Shown: positions 9,263 through 19,333, counted from the stretch's first letter. The stretch is 30,322 nucleotides of DNA from Planctomycetota bacterium (GCA_039190745.1 JBCCXZ010000052.1:1-30322), one strand, 5' to 3'. The notes: a model not told the origin generated them from the letters alone. Numbers and translations: made by a program.

Positions 9263-10117
9263 TTGTCCAACCAATCCCAGCAAGACGTCTGCTGCCTGAT
9301 GGGCGACCCCGTCGCCGGCAACCCCACGCAGTACATGCTGGAGCAGGCCTTCGACGCGGCGCACCTCGACTGGCGGTTCCTGACGTTCGAGGTCTCAGCC
9401 GTCGACTTCGAGGGGGCCCTCCGGGGGGCGCGGATCTTCGGCTTCCGCGGCGTCATGCTCGCACCGCCCCACCGGGCCCGGGCGCTGCCCTACCTGGAGG
9501 AGCTCGGCGACGCCGCTCGCATCAGCGGTCAGGTGAACTGCGTCGCCCAGACCGACGGGCGGCTCCGCGGCTACAACACCGAGGGCCGGGCGCTCCGCCA
9601 CCTGCTGGAGCAGCACGGGCCCCTCACCGGCGCAAAGGTTACTGTGCTCGGCGCCGGCCGCGTTGCGAAATCGATCGCCGCAGAGCTCGCCTCAGTCGAG
9701 GTGCAGGAGTTGGCCTTCGTGACCCGCCGGCCGGACGAAGCCGAAAAGTTCGCTGCTCGGCTGACCGACGAGACCCCACTGGGGGCCTGTGCCGTCGTCC
9801 CTTGGGAGGAAGACGCCCCGCTGCGGGCCGTCGAAGGGAGCCGCGTGCTGATCAACGCCACGCCGCTCGGCCGGCCGGACGACGGCCCGCTCGAAGTTTC
9901 GCTCCAAGGGCTCGCCCCTAAGTCCGTAGTAGCTGACGTGCTGTACAACCCCCCGCAGACCCCCCTGCTCTCCCGCGCCGGCGAGGGCGACTTCGTAACG
10001 GTCGACGGCCTGACGCTGCTGATCGAACAGGCGGCGCTCGCGTTCGAGATCTGGACCGGCGCCTCCGCCGACCGCACCGTCATGCGCGAGGCGGTTGAAG
10101 AGTTCCTCGTGCTCTAG
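9263..10117 (+). CDS. aroE: Shikimate dehydrogenase
   Basis: GDPVAGNP, VNCV...GYNTEG, VLGAGRVA, LINATPLG, DVLYNPPQTPLL and DGLTLLIEQAALAFEIWTG motifs. TTG 9263 with GGAGG at 9248-9252 gives 284 aa. Confidence 0.9.
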   Translation: MSNQSQQDVCCLMGDPVAGNPTQYMLEQAFDAAHLDWRFLTFEVSAVDFEGALRGARIFGFRGVMLAPPHRARALPYLEELGDAARISGQVNCVAQTDGRLRGYNTEGRALRHLLEQHGPLTGAKVTVLGAGRVAKSIAAELASVEVQELAFVTRRPDEAEKFAARLTDETPLGACAVVPWEEDAPLRAVEGSRVLINATPLGRPDDGPLEVSLQGLAPKSVVADVLYNPPQTPLLSRAGEGDFVTVDGLTLLIEQAALAFEIWTGASADRTVMREAVEEFLVL

Positions 10118-10131
10118 TCCGACAGGCTGCT

Positions 10132-10851
10132 ATGGCCACTTGGGACCTCTTCATCACCGGCACCAACACCGAGATCGGCAAGACGCACGTCGCCGCGATG
10201 ATCGCTCGGCAGTTGGCCCAGGCCGGCGTCACCGTGGGCGTCTACAAACCCGTCGCCAGCGGCTGCCGCCGAGAGAACGGCACGCTCGTCAGCGACGACG
10301 CCGAGCTGCTCTGGGAAGCCGCCGGCCGCCCCGCGACGCTCGAAGCCGTGTGCCCCCAACGGTTCGAGCTGCCCGTTGCGCCGCCCGTCGCGGCCCGCGC
10401 CGAGGGCCGGCAGATCGACCAGGATCGGCTGCGCGACGGCCTGCGGTTCTGGCAAGAACGCTCTGATGCGGTGATTGTCGAAGGCGCCGGCGGGCTGCTT
10501 TCGCCGCTTGCTGAGAACTTCTCCAACGCTGACCTCGCCGCCGACCTGGGCCTGCCTCTGCTGGTGGTCGCCGCCAACCAACTCGGCGTCATCAACACGA
10601 CGCTGCAGACGCTCGTGACCGCGTCGGCCTACCCCCGACCGCTGCCAATCGCCGGGGTGGTGCTCAACCAATCCGCTGGCGGCGAGGGCGACGCCAGCCT
10701 CGCGACCAACGCCGAAGAACTCGCGGTCCGTTGCGACGGGCTGCTGCTGGGCTCGGTAGTACACGGTGGCGCGGCGTTCGATCCGCCGATCGATTGGCAC
10801 ACCGCGGCGGGGTCTGCCCGGCGCCGAGAGCCCCATACGTTCTTCGGCTAG
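10132..10851 (+). CDS. bioD: Dethiobiotin synthase
   Basis: FITGTNTEIGKT P-loop, YKPVASG, VEGAGGLLSP and LGVINTT motifs. Confidence 0.95.
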   Translation: MATWDLFITGTNTEIGKTHVAAMIARQLAQAGVTVGVYKPVASGCRRENGTLVSDDAELLWEAAGRPATLEAVCPQRFELPVAPPVAARAEGRQIDQDRLRDGLRFWQERSDAVIVEGAGGLLSPLAENFSNADLAADLGLPLLVVAANQLGVINTTLQTLVTASAYPRPLPIAGVVLNQSAGGEGDASLATNAEELAVRCDGLLLGSVVHGGAAFDPPIDWHTAAGSARRREPHTFFG

Positions 10852-10854
10852 CGG

Positions 10855-13038
10855 CTAGACAGTCACCACCGTCGGCGTCGGCTCCGCCCGCTGCTCGGCC
10901 CGCTGCGTGTCGATCGTCAGCTGCGCCGTCACGCTCCAACGCCCTTCGGCGTCGGGCACCACCGACCAGTGCGGCACCACCACCACCGATTGGTGCACCA
11001 GCTCGAACCCGGCCTCCGACTGGCTGACCGTCTCCACCGGGTAAGTCCACACGGCCGTCGGCTGGCCGAAGCCGACACCCACGTCGATGCCGAGCCATTC
11101 GTCGACCAGCCCCAGCTCCGTAATCCCGCCCAGGTCTAGCTGCTCGCCGAGGCCGCCAAGCCGTTCCCCCGCCCCGGTGCGGAAGTAGCGATCGTCCGCC
11201 CCCGAGGGCAGCCCCGCAAAGTTCAGCTCCGGTGCGAACTGAAACCGTTCCGCCCCGGAGAGCCCTTCGAGCAGGTAGGCAATCTCCAACTGGTTGCTGT
11301 CCGCGTTTAGCGACACGCCCTTGGTCATCGTTACCTGCTGACCCTGCACTTGCCCGGTGCGAGTCATCTGCAGCTGCACCCGGCCTTCGCTCCGGCGGAG
11401 CTTTGCCTCGAAGCCGCCGGTGACAAAGTCCCCCAGCTCCTCCGCAGCGCCGGAGACCACATCGGTGCTCGGCACGCCCTCGCGGTAGAAGTGATCGACC
11501 AGCGAGTTGCGCTCCCAGTGGTCGTACTGCACACGCTGGTCGAGACCCTCCTGCTTGAACACGACGCGGTCGTGGATGCTCGCCACGTCGCCGCCGCCAG
11601 CGTTCTCGCCGCCGAGCACCTTTCGGTGGTACGCCTCGGGCCGACGCCCGAGCGTCGCCGCCAAATTGTGCCGGATCGATCGCACATCGAGTTCGTAGAT
11701 CTGCCCGCCCTCGGCCGGCGAAACCAGCACGCTCAGCCGGTTGTTCGCCAGCCGCGCCTCGGGCCGGCCGTCCAGGTTGTAGTCTTCGCTGGTCAGCTCC
11801 ACCCACTGCGTCCCAGCGCCCGTGCGGCCCCGGCCTTCGGCTTCGTCCAGCAGGTTCTCGGCCGCGATCAGGTGCTCGAACACCGCGTTCCGCAAATGCG
11901 GCAGGTAGATCCCGCCGAAGGCCCCGTGCCAGTAGCTGCAGTTGCACTGCCCGCGGTAGAGGTCCAACCGGGCCTGTTCCACCACGTCCTCCGGCACGCC
12001 AGCGGCCGCGGCCTCGTCTACACGCTTGCTCACCATCTGCATGCGGCAGTACATAGAGTTGGTTTCGGGGTACTTCACCTTGAAGTTCCGCCAGTAGCCG
12101 CCCCGAATGAACGGCTGCACCCGCTCCCAGTTGCCCTGGTCTTCCAGCCAGTGCTGGACGTCCTCGTACTCCGAGATCCGCGCCGCCGGCAACGCCCACT
12201 CGGTCATCTCGCGGTAGCTCGCCTCGGGGATGTACAGCTTACCCAGCGGCGGCACCGACTCGATCGCCTCGCTCGGCGTGGTCGTCTGCAGCCAATCAGC
12301 GTTCGCCTCGAGCGCACTAAAGAAATCGTTCAACCAACCGCGGTCGTAGACGTGCTCCTTCGTCCCAGGCCAGGTGCCGAACTTCTCCCCGTCGTCGCCG
12401 AACACCATCACCGCGCCGGGCCGACGCTCCGCCACCGAACGCAAGAAGTCGATCGTCTCGTGCGGCGGCCGGAACGGCAGCAAGTACCGCAGCCGCTCGC
12501 TCCCCGGGAACACCCGCAGCAGCCGGCCGTCGTCTTCGGTTAGGTAGTACCCGTCGAGCTGGTCGTCCCGCAGCCCCGCCTTCTTGAAATGGAAGTCGTC
12601 GAGGATCGTGTACTCCATCTCCGCTTCGGCCATATCGGAAGTGAGCGTCTGCTCCCACACCCGCTCGGGCACCCACATGCCGCGGACGCTTGTCGACAGC
12701 CGGTTCTCGAGCCAGTGTTTGTAGCTGCTGATCTGCCCCACCCGGTCGCGCCCGGGGATCATCGTCAAGATCGGCTCAAAGAACGCCCCGCCCACAATCT
12801 CGATCCGCCCGGCCTCCGCAAGCGCCGCCAGTCGGTCGAGGTACTCCGGGTGCCGACGCTCGATCCACTCGATGAGCGACCCGCTCGTATGCAAAGCGAT
12901 CCGCACGTTCGAGAATTGCTCAAACACGTCGAGAAACGGCAGGTAGCTGTCCTGGTACGCCTCTTCGCACACCCCGTCGAAGTTGCCAATGGGCTGGTGG
13001 TTGTGCAGAACCAGGACGAGTCGCAACGGATGATTCAT
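10855..13038 (-). CDS. GH57 alpha-amylase/4-alpha-glucanotransferase with DUF1925/DUF1926-type C-terminus
   Basis: HNHQP, GMWVPERVWE, DDGEKFG and QCNCSYWHGAFGGIYLPHLR motifs. The start at MNHPLRL (13038) is preferred over the 800-aa ORF. Confidence 0.93.
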   Translation of the reverse strand: MNHPLRLVLVLHNHQPIGNFDGVCEEAYQDSYLPFLDVFEQFSNVRIALHTSGSLIEWIERRHPEYLDRLAALAEAGRIEIVGGAFFEPILTMIPGRDRVGQISSYKHWLENRLSTSVRGMWVPERVWEQTLTSDMAEAEMEYTILDDFHFKKAGLRDDQLDGYYLTEDDGRLLRVFPGSERLRYLLPFRPPHETIDFLRSVAERRPGAVMVFGDDGEKFGTWPGTKEHVYDRGWLNDFFSALEANADWLQTTTPSEAIESVPPLGKLYIPEASYREMTEWALPAARISEYEDVQHWLEDQGNWERVQPFIRGGYWRNFKVKYPETNSMYCRMQMVSKRVDEAAAAGVPEDVVEQARLDLYRGQCNCSYWHGAFGGIYLPHLRNAVFEHLIAAENLLDEAEGRGRTGAGTQWVELTSEDYNLDGRPEARLANNRLSVLVSPAEGGQIYELDVRSIRHNLAATLGRRPEAYHRKVLGGENAGGGDVASIHDRVVFKQEGLDQRVQYDHWERNSLVDHFYREGVPSTDVVSGAAEELGDFVTGGFEAKLRRSEGRVQLQMTRTGQVQGQQVTMTKGVSLNADSNQLEIAYLLEGLSGAERFQFAPELNFAGLPSGADDRYFRTGAGERLGGLGEQLDLGGITELGLVDEWLGIDVGVGFGQPTAVWTYPVETVSQSEAGFELVHQSVVVVPHWSVVPDAEGRWSVTAQLTIDTQRAEQRAEPTPTVVTV

Positions 13039-13337
13039 GGGGAGAAGGTCTCTGTGCAGAAGCAAGGGGAGGCGTCGTCGGGGTCGGCCGCACGGTGCCG
13101 ATGGGCAAGTCGTCCTGATTGGCGCGCGTTCCAGATTTAGCGCTATCGGGCAGACCCTTCCAAGATTGCCGTTTACGGCACACATGGCCAGCGGGCGTGC
13201 CGCGAAAACCGGCCGATTCCTGCCCCGTTCCCAGCCAGCAAACGCGACAACAATCACAGGCGCAAGGCCCTGCCGAAGCTGCCCAGCCTACCGGCCCAAC
13301 CGGGTGACCACAGTCTAGCGGATCGCTGCAAACCGAC

Positions 13338-14366
13338 CTACCCAAGAGGCCCGCTCGACAACGCATCCCGCAGGCGGTCCGCCGCACGCTCGGGCGACAA
13401 CGGATTGATAAGCAACCCAGAGCCCCACTCGAAACCCGCCAGTCGGCACGACCGCGGAACCAGTTCCACGTGCCACTGATAGAACGGCTCAAACTCGCTC
13501 CCCGCCGGGCAAGTCCGCAAAATCAGGTTGTACGATAGTGGCGACAGGAGGCGACCCAACGCCCCCAAAAGCGGCAACAACATCTCAGCCAGCATTCCGT
13601 ACAGCCCGCCGTCCTCTGCTTCGAAACGGGCCGCACGCCGCCGCGGCACAATCAGCATCTCATACGGCTGCCTCGCCGCCTGGGCCGACAGCACCACAAG
13701 AGCGTCGGTCTCCGCCACAACCCGTACGCCCAACGAAAGCTCGCTCTCCAAGAGCGACAGCAGCAGGCTTTCCCCCCGACGCTGGTAGTAGTCCCCTGCC
13801 ACGGCCAGAGAACGCTCTACCTCCGGAGGCACGGCGGGCAACGCCACCAGCTGGCTGTGCACGTGGTGCAGCGAAGCCCCCGCCGCGTACCCTTCGTTCT
13901 TGAACACGAACGCGTACCGCACCCCAGGCACGCCGGCCCAGTACCTCAGCCTGTGTGCGTAGGCTTGCAACACGAGCGTTAACTGCTCCGCGGAAAGCGA
14001 TCCTGCCGCCGATACATGCTCGGGCGACTCGATGATCACTTCGTGGCCGCCCGCCGCCGGCTCGGCCGGAAGAAACAACCCTTCTGCCGATGCCATCGCC
14101 TCCGCGGCCGCCGACACCGCCGGGTACTTGTTCGGAATCACCCGAACTAACCAGCCGCCGTCGTTAGTAGATTTCGCCCCCCCGGTCAGTTCCAGCAGCG
14201 CCGGCGGGGTGTCCGCCTCGTGCCCCGGGCAGAACGGGCAATCAGCCGCTCCGTCGTCCTGCAGCTCATCAGCGCCCGGCAGCACGAAATCGTTAGGGCG
14301 CCCCGCGCGGTCCTCGGCAATGTACACCCGACGACCAGTAAGGGGGTCGCGTCGCAGCTCCGTCAC
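13338..14366 (-). CDS. galT: GalT-family nucleotidyltransferase (galactose-1-phosphate uridylyltransferase-like)
   Basis: ELRRDPLTG, RAGRP, CPFCPGHE, VIPNKYPA, HEVIIESP, GASLHHVHSQ and GFEWGSG motifs. The start codon is uncertain. Confidence 0.88.
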   Translation of the reverse strand: MTELRRDPLTGRRVYIAEDRAGRPNDFVLPGADELQDDGAADCPFCPGHEADTPPALLELTGGAKSTNDGGWLVRVIPNKYPAVSAAAEAMASAEGLFLPAEPAAGGHEVIIESPEHVSAAGSLSAEQLTLVLQAYAHRLRYWAGVPGVRYAFVFKNEGYAAGASLHHVHSQLVALPAVPPEVERSLAVAGDYYQRRGESLLLSLLESELSLGVRVVAETDALVVLSAQAARQPYEMLIVPRRRAARFEAEDGGLYGMLAEMLLPLLGALGRLLSPLSYNLILRTCPAGSEFEPFYQWHVELVPRSCRLAGFEWGSGLLINPLSPERAADRLRDALSSGPLG

Positions 14367-14377
14367 CGGCGGCCGGT

Positions 14378-15868
14378 TCAGGGCAGCACCCCCCGACGCA
14401 TCCGGCTCAGCGTCATTTCGTAGAGGTCGCCGTACAACGGCGCACTCCGACCCCACGACCAATCTTGCCGCATGCCGGCCTCAACGATCCGATCCCAAGT
14501 CGCCGGCTCAGAGAACGCCTGACACGCATGCTCAATCGACCCCGAAAGCGCCTGCGACGTGTAGTCGTCGAACAGAAAACCGGTCGCCGTCCCCTTCTCC
14601 AAGTTCTCGGCGTCGACCTGCGTCACCGTGTCGGCGAGACCGCCCGTGTTCCGCACCACGGGGACGGTCCCATACTTCAGGCTGTAGAGCTGGTTGAGCC
14701 CGCACGGCTCGTACTGGCTCGGCATCAGGAACATGTCCGCCCCCGCCTCGATACGGTGCGCCAGCGGATTGGAAAACTCCAGCCGCACAGCCACCTTCGT
14801 GTGCAGCTCCCGCGCGAGCCGTTCGAGCAACTGGTGGTACTTAGGGTCGCCCGTCCCGAGCACCACCCACTGCGCATTGTGCCGCGGGGCCCACTGCTGC
14901 ATCACACGCGCGATCAGGTCGAACCCCTTCTGATCGGCCAGCCGTCCTACCGTCGCCAGCAGCGGAGCCGACGCATCCTCGGGCAAACCCAGTTCCGCCT
15001 GCAGGGCACGCTTGCACTCCGCTTTGCCCGCACGCCAGTTCGAAATGTCGTAGTTGCGGCCCCCGAGGTGCTCGTCGGACGCCGGGTCCCAAGCCGAGTA
15101 ATCGGCCCCGTTCAGGATGCCGAACACGTCCTCCGAGCGGTACTGCAGCACGCCCTCCATGCCGCAGCCCAAAGGCGGCCGCATGATCTCCCGGGCGTAC
15201 GTCGGGCTGACCGTCGTCACCGTGTCTGCGAACACGATGCCCGACTTCTTAAAGCTCAGGTGGCCGTGGAACTCCAACTCTTTCCAATTGAAGTACTTCC
15301 AGTCCAGGCCCGTGAGCGCCATGTCCCAGTGCCAGAAGTTTCCCTGATAAGCCAGGTTGTGGATCGTGTAGACCAGCCCCGTCTCCCGGAACCACGCACG
15401 ATCGGAGAACACGGTCCGGGCGTAAGCGGGGATCAGCCCAGTGCACCAGTCGTGGCAGTGCAGCACGTCAGGCCGGAAGCCTAGCGCCTCCGCCGCGTCG
15501 AACACGCAACGCGAGAAGAAGACGAACCGCTCGCAGTTGTCCGAGTACGCTTCGCCGCCGACGTCGTACAACCCTTCACGCCCGAAGTACTCGTCGTTCT
15601 TCACCAAGTACACGGGAACATTCGTTCCAGGGAAGCGGCTCCGCAGCAGCTCGCCGTGGACGACCTTCTTACCGATCGGCACCTCGAATTCCACACCGGC
15701 GTGGTCGATCGGCTCCCCACACTCGAGCGCCTGCCGGAATGCGGGCAGGATCACGGCCACTTCGTGCCCAAGGGCCGCCACCTCACGCGGCAGGCTCCCG
15801 CACACGTCTGCTAGGCCCCCCGTCTTGCAGAACGGAGTCGCCTCGGAAGTTGCCAGCAGTATCTTCAC
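14378..15868 (-). CDS. glgA: Glycogen/starch synthase (GT5)
   Basis: KTGGLADV, HCHDW, TIHNLAYQG, RLADQKGFDL, MPSQYEPCGLNQLYSLKYGT and TGGLADTV motifs. Confidence 0.96.
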   Translation of the reverse strand: MKILLATSEATPFCKTGGLADVCGSLPREVAALGHEVAVILPAFRQALECGEPIDHAGVEFEVPIGKKVVHGELLRSRFPGTNVPVYLVKNDEYFGREGLYDVGGEAYSDNCERFVFFSRCVFDAAEALGFRPDVLHCHDWCTGLIPAYARTVFSDRAWFRETGLVYTIHNLAYQGNFWHWDMALTGLDWKYFNWKELEFHGHLSFKKSGIVFADTVTTVSPTYAREIMRPPLGCGMEGVLQYRSEDVFGILNGADYSAWDPASDEHLGGRNYDISNWRAGKAECKRALQAELGLPEDASAPLLATVGRLADQKGFDLIARVMQQWAPRHNAQWVVLGTGDPKYHQLLERLARELHTKVAVRLEFSNPLAHRIEAGADMFLMPSQYEPCGLNQLYSLKYGTVPVVRNTGGLADTVTQVDAENLEKGTATGFLFDDYTSQALSGSIEHACQAFSEPATWDRIVEAGMRQDWSWGRSAPLYGDLYEMTLSRMRRGVLP

Positions 15869-16084
15869 GCCGCGAATCCGATGTGGAAGGAGAACCGCAG
15901 AGGCCCCACGCCTCTCGCAGAAAACCTATCAAAATCGCGCAATCTTGGGTATGCCGACGGGCGGGCCGGACTGTCGCACGGCCGCCTCTACCTATTGATG
16001 AGTCCGTTGGATTGCGTTTTCCAACGGCAAGTAGATCGGTGGAATCCGTTGGCCAAAGGCCATACTAACCAATGCCTCGCTGAG

Positions 16085-17275
16085 TCAGCTCACCGCCGCG
16101 ATCGCCTTCGCCACCCGCCCAACGTTGTCCGGCGTCAACCCCGCCACGTTGATCCGCCCCGAGCCGACCACGTAGATCGCGTGCTCCTCACGAAGCCGCC
16201 CCACCTGCTCCTTCGTCAGCCCGCTGAATGAGAACATCCCCCGCTGACGCGTGATGAACGAGTAGTCGCCCGGCACGCCCTCCGCCTTCAGCGACTCGAC
16301 CAACAACGACCGCATCCCGTTGATCCGGTCGCGCATGACGGCCACTTCTCCGAGCCACTGCTGGTGCAGCGCATCGTCCGTGAGCACGCACTCGACGAGC
16401 GCCGCCCCGTGCGCCGGCGGGTTCGAGTAGTTCGACCGGATCACCCGGTTCATCTGGCTCTGCACGGCAGCCGCACCCTCAGCATCCGCCGACACAATCG
16501 ACAAGCCGCCCACGCGCTCGCGGTACAGGCTGAAGTTCTTTGAGAAAGAACTAATGACGATCAGCTCCGCCCCTTCGCCGGCAAACGCCTTCAAGCCGAC
16601 CGTGTCTTCCTCCACCCCGTCGGCAAAGCCCTGGTAGGCGAAGTCCAAGAGCGGCAACACGCCACGCTCTCGCACGGCCCCGGCGATCTTGCTCCACTGC
16701 TCCGGAGTCGGGTCGATCCCCGTCGGATTGTGGCAGCACCCGTGGAGCAGGATCGCGTCGCCCGCCGGCATCTGGCCGATGTCCGCAAGCATGCCTTCAA
16801 AATCCAATCCATTGGTCGCAGGGTCGAAGTACCGGTACCCCTTCGTGGTCACCCCCGCCGCACCGAAAATGTTCGGGTGGTTGGGCCACGTCGGCGTGCT
16901 CATCCACAGCGTCGCCCCCGACAGATTCGCCTTGAGGAAATCGCCCGCCACCCGCAGACCGCCAGTACCCCCCGGCGTGTGGGCGAACGATACCCGGCCC
17001 GCCTCCACGCCCGTCGACGCGAACACGAGTTCCCGCACCGCGTTGCGGAAACCGGGCGAGCCCGGGATCGGCAGGTAGCTCTTCGTCTGGGTCTCCGCCG
17101 CCAGCCGCCCCTCGGCTTCCCGCACGCACTCCAGAAGAGGCGTCCGCCCTTGCTCGTCCTGGTAGACGCCAACACTTAAGTTGATCTTCCCCTCACGCGT
17201 GTCCTCTTTGAATGCGGCGGTCAGCCCCAGAATAGGGTCTGCTGGGGCGGCTTCGATCTTGTCTAGTACCAGCAT
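16085..17275 (-). CDS. aspC: Aspartate/aromatic amino acid aminotransferase (AspC/TyrB type)
   Basis: APADPILGL, TPGGTGGL, HGCCHNPTG, DFAYQGF and SFSKNFSLYRER (PLP Lys) motifs. ATG 17275 gives 396 aa. Confidence 0.94.
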   Translation of the reverse strand: MLVLDKIEAAPADPILGLTAAFKEDTREGKINLSVGVYQDEQGRTPLLECVREAEGRLAAETQTKSYLPIPGSPGFRNAVRELVFASTGVEAGRVSFAHTPGGTGGLRVAGDFLKANLSGATLWMSTPTWPNHPNIFGAAGVTTKGYRYFDPATNGLDFEGMLADIGQMPAGDAILLHGCCHNPTGIDPTPEQWSKIAGAVRERGVLPLLDFAYQGFADGVEEDTVGLKAFAGEGAELIVISSFSKNFSLYRERVGGLSIVSADAEGAAAVQSQMNRVIRSNYSNPPAHGAALVECVLTDDALHQQWLGEVAVMRDRINGMRSLLVESLKAEGVPGDYSFITRQRGMFSFSGLTKEQVGRLREEHAIYVVGSGRINVAGLTPDNVGRVAKAIAAVS

Positions 17276-17708
17276 CGTCTCTGCCTCATAACGTCTTTGT
17301 TTCTCGAATCGCGTCGAGTTTCTTAGGTCTTCCTCAGCGCCGACAGGAGCCGCCCGCAAGCGGCGGGTTCGCCCTGTTCGGGAAAGCCGGATTTTACTCG
17401 TAAGTGGCCACTTGCTTTGCTACACAGGTACTTGGCGAAGCGAGGTGTTGTTGAGCAGATCGCAAACATGGCGTGGCGCAACTGCCCCATCGGTGGAAGC
17501 GCATCCCGCCGCAAAAAACTCTTCAAGAACGAACGCAAACTCCGCTCATTTAGTCCACTGACGAACTAGCCGCGACGCTACGCGTCGCTGCAACCGGCAA
17601 TCAAGACCTGACAAAACAACAGACTTTTGGCGTTTCGCCGCGTGATGGCCTAGGCGAGCCAAAAGACAAAAAAAGCCTCCGGCCCCGGGCCACTCGCTAG
17701 ACCGCTCG

Positions 17709-17738
17709 TTGACGCCCAACTCAACCCGGTGCGACAAT
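17709..17738 (+). promoter_or_regulatory. Possible sigma-70 promoter for ino1
   Basis: TTGACG (17709-17714), 18-nt spacer, TGcGACAAT extended -10. Confidence 0.35.
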
Positions 17739-17778
17739 CTTAAGAATCCCCCGCCTCCCGCAACAGTAGCCCCCCGCC

Positions 17779-19014
17779 ATGGCAGAACGCCGCACCGGAA
17801 TCTGGATCATCGGCGCCCGCGGCGGCGTCGCCTGCACCACCATCGCCGGGCTGCACGCCCTCCAGCGGGGCCTCACCCCCGCCACCGGCCTGGTGACCGC
17901 CCTGCCCGCCTTCGCTCCCCTCGAACTGCTCGGATGGGACGAACTGATCGTCGGCGGCCACGAAATCCGCCCCACTACCCTCCGGGACGAGCTTTGGCGG
18001 CTCCACCACGACGACCGACTCTTCTCAGCTGAGCTTCTCGAAGCCATCGAGCCCGACCTGGCCCAAACCGAGTCCCGCATCCGCCCCGGCCTCGTCCGCC
18101 GGCCCGGAGATGCCATCGAACGGCTCGCCCCAGACGCCGCCGAGACAACGAGCCCACGAGCCGTCGTGGAGCACCTGCAGCGAGACCTCAGCCGCTTCAT
18201 CGAGTCCAACGACCTCGACTCTGCAGTGGTGGTCAATCTCGCCTCCACCGAGCCCGTCACGACGGAAGCACTCTGGCACGACGACCTCGACGCTCTCCAA
18301 GCCGAGCTCGACCAGGATTCCTCCACCGTGCCCGTAAGCACGCTGCAGGCCTTCGGCACGCTGGAACTGGGGCTGCCCTTTGTAAACTTTACTCCGTCGC
18401 TGGGAGCTTCAATCCCCGCTCTGGATCAGCTTGCGGCCGAGAAAGGCGCCTGTCATGCCGGCCGCGACGGGAAGACGGGAGAAACGCTCCTCAAATCCGC
18501 CCTCGCGGCCGTCTTCGCCGACCGCAACCTCGAGGTCATGAGCTGGGTGGGGCACAACATCTTCGGCAACCGCGACGGCCAGGTTCTTGATAACCCCGCC
18601 AACAAGGCCGCCAAGGTCGTCAGCAAAGACCAGGCGCTCGCCTCGGTGCTCGGCTACGCTCCGCAAACATTGGTCTCGATCGAGCACATCGAGAGCCTCG
18701 GGGACTGGAAAACCGCCTGGGACCACATCCACTTCCAGGGCTTTCTCGGTACGCCGATGACGCTGCAGTTCACCTGGCAGGGCTGCGATTCCGCACTTGC
18801 TGCGCCGCTGGTGCTCGATCTCGTCCGTCTCTGCGCCTGCTCGGCTTCCCGCGGTGAACGCGGACCGCTGCGGCATCTTAGCTGTTTCTTCAAGAGCCCG
18901 GTCGGCTCCGCCACGCATCGGTTCGACCATCAGGTGGCCGTACTCAAGCAATGGCTCTCCGATGTCGACAAGGAAGAACACGCGGAGAGCCAACCCGCCT
19001 TTTCCGGTGAATAA
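17779..19014 (+). CDS. ino1: myo-inositol-1-phosphate synthase
   Basis: GARGGVA Rossmann motif plus VVNLASTE, FVNFTPS, GRDGKTGETLLKS, NIFGNRDG, LGDWKTAWD and DSALAAPLVLDL. Confidence 0.93.
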   Translation: MAERRTGIWIIGARGGVACTTIAGLHALQRGLTPATGLVTALPAFAPLELLGWDELIVGGHEIRPTTLRDELWRLHHDDRLFSAELLEAIEPDLAQTESRIRPGLVRRPGDAIERLAPDAAETTSPRAVVEHLQRDLSRFIESNDLDSAVVVNLASTEPVTTEALWHDDLDALQAELDQDSSTVPVSTLQAFGTLELGLPFVNFTPSLGASIPALDQLAAEKGACHAGRDGKTGETLLKSALAAVFADRNLEVMSWVGHNIFGNRDGQVLDNPANKAAKVVSKDQALASVLGYAPQTLVSIEHIESLGDWKTAWDHIHFQGFLGTPMTLQFTWQGCDSALAAPLVLDLVRLCACSASRGERGPLRHLSCFFKSPVGSATHRFDHQVAVLKQWLSDVDKEEHAESQPAFSGE

Positions 19015-19028
19015 ACTGTCAATTCCAC

Positions 19029-19058
19029 TTGACCTAGAGTCTGAGTAATTGGTTCAAT
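19029..19058 (+). promoter_or_regulatory. Possible sigma-70 promoter for the Lys-rich small gene
   Basis: TTGACC (19029-19034), 18-nt spacer, TGgTTCAAT. Confidence 0.35.
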
Positions 19059-19333
19059 GCGCGCAATCGAGGCAAAGCACGCGCAACTATCACAACCCAC
19101 GGTCGCTCGAAGCAGCCGCCGAGTACACAAGCAAGACCAGCCAAGGACTCAGACCGATCACTCTGAGCAACTGACGATTCCTAGGACCGACGGGTCCAAA
19201 GAATAGACTGGCGAGCCGGCCGCTATGCGGGCCTCTCGCTATTTCCGATCTAGGGTGAGTCCTTCTCCCTCCTCCGAGGCGCCCGGGGAGAGGACCATAC
19301 AGAACTGGGCGCAAACGGAAGGAGCCACAGGCT

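Noticed and set aside
8818..9921. 367-aa Arg/Pro-rich ORF and the long N-terminal extension of aroE from 8873
   Set aside because: Alternative-frame artefact of GC-rich DNA. AroE homology starts near 9263, where there is an SD.
10664..12543. 511-aa and 397-aa ORFs overlapping the GH57 gene
   Set aside because: Off-frame or antisense shadows with Arg/Gly/Ala-biased composition and no motifs.
16004..16054. CCGTTGGA/TCCAACGG inverted repeat downstream of aspC, with a second TCCGTTGG copy
   Set aside because: No U-tract and no known operator match; not enough evidence to call a terminator or binding site.
17468..17569. 33-aa plus-strand ORF (MAWRNCPIGG...) in the aspC/ino1 spacer
   Set aside because: No SD and codon usage unlike neighbouring genes.
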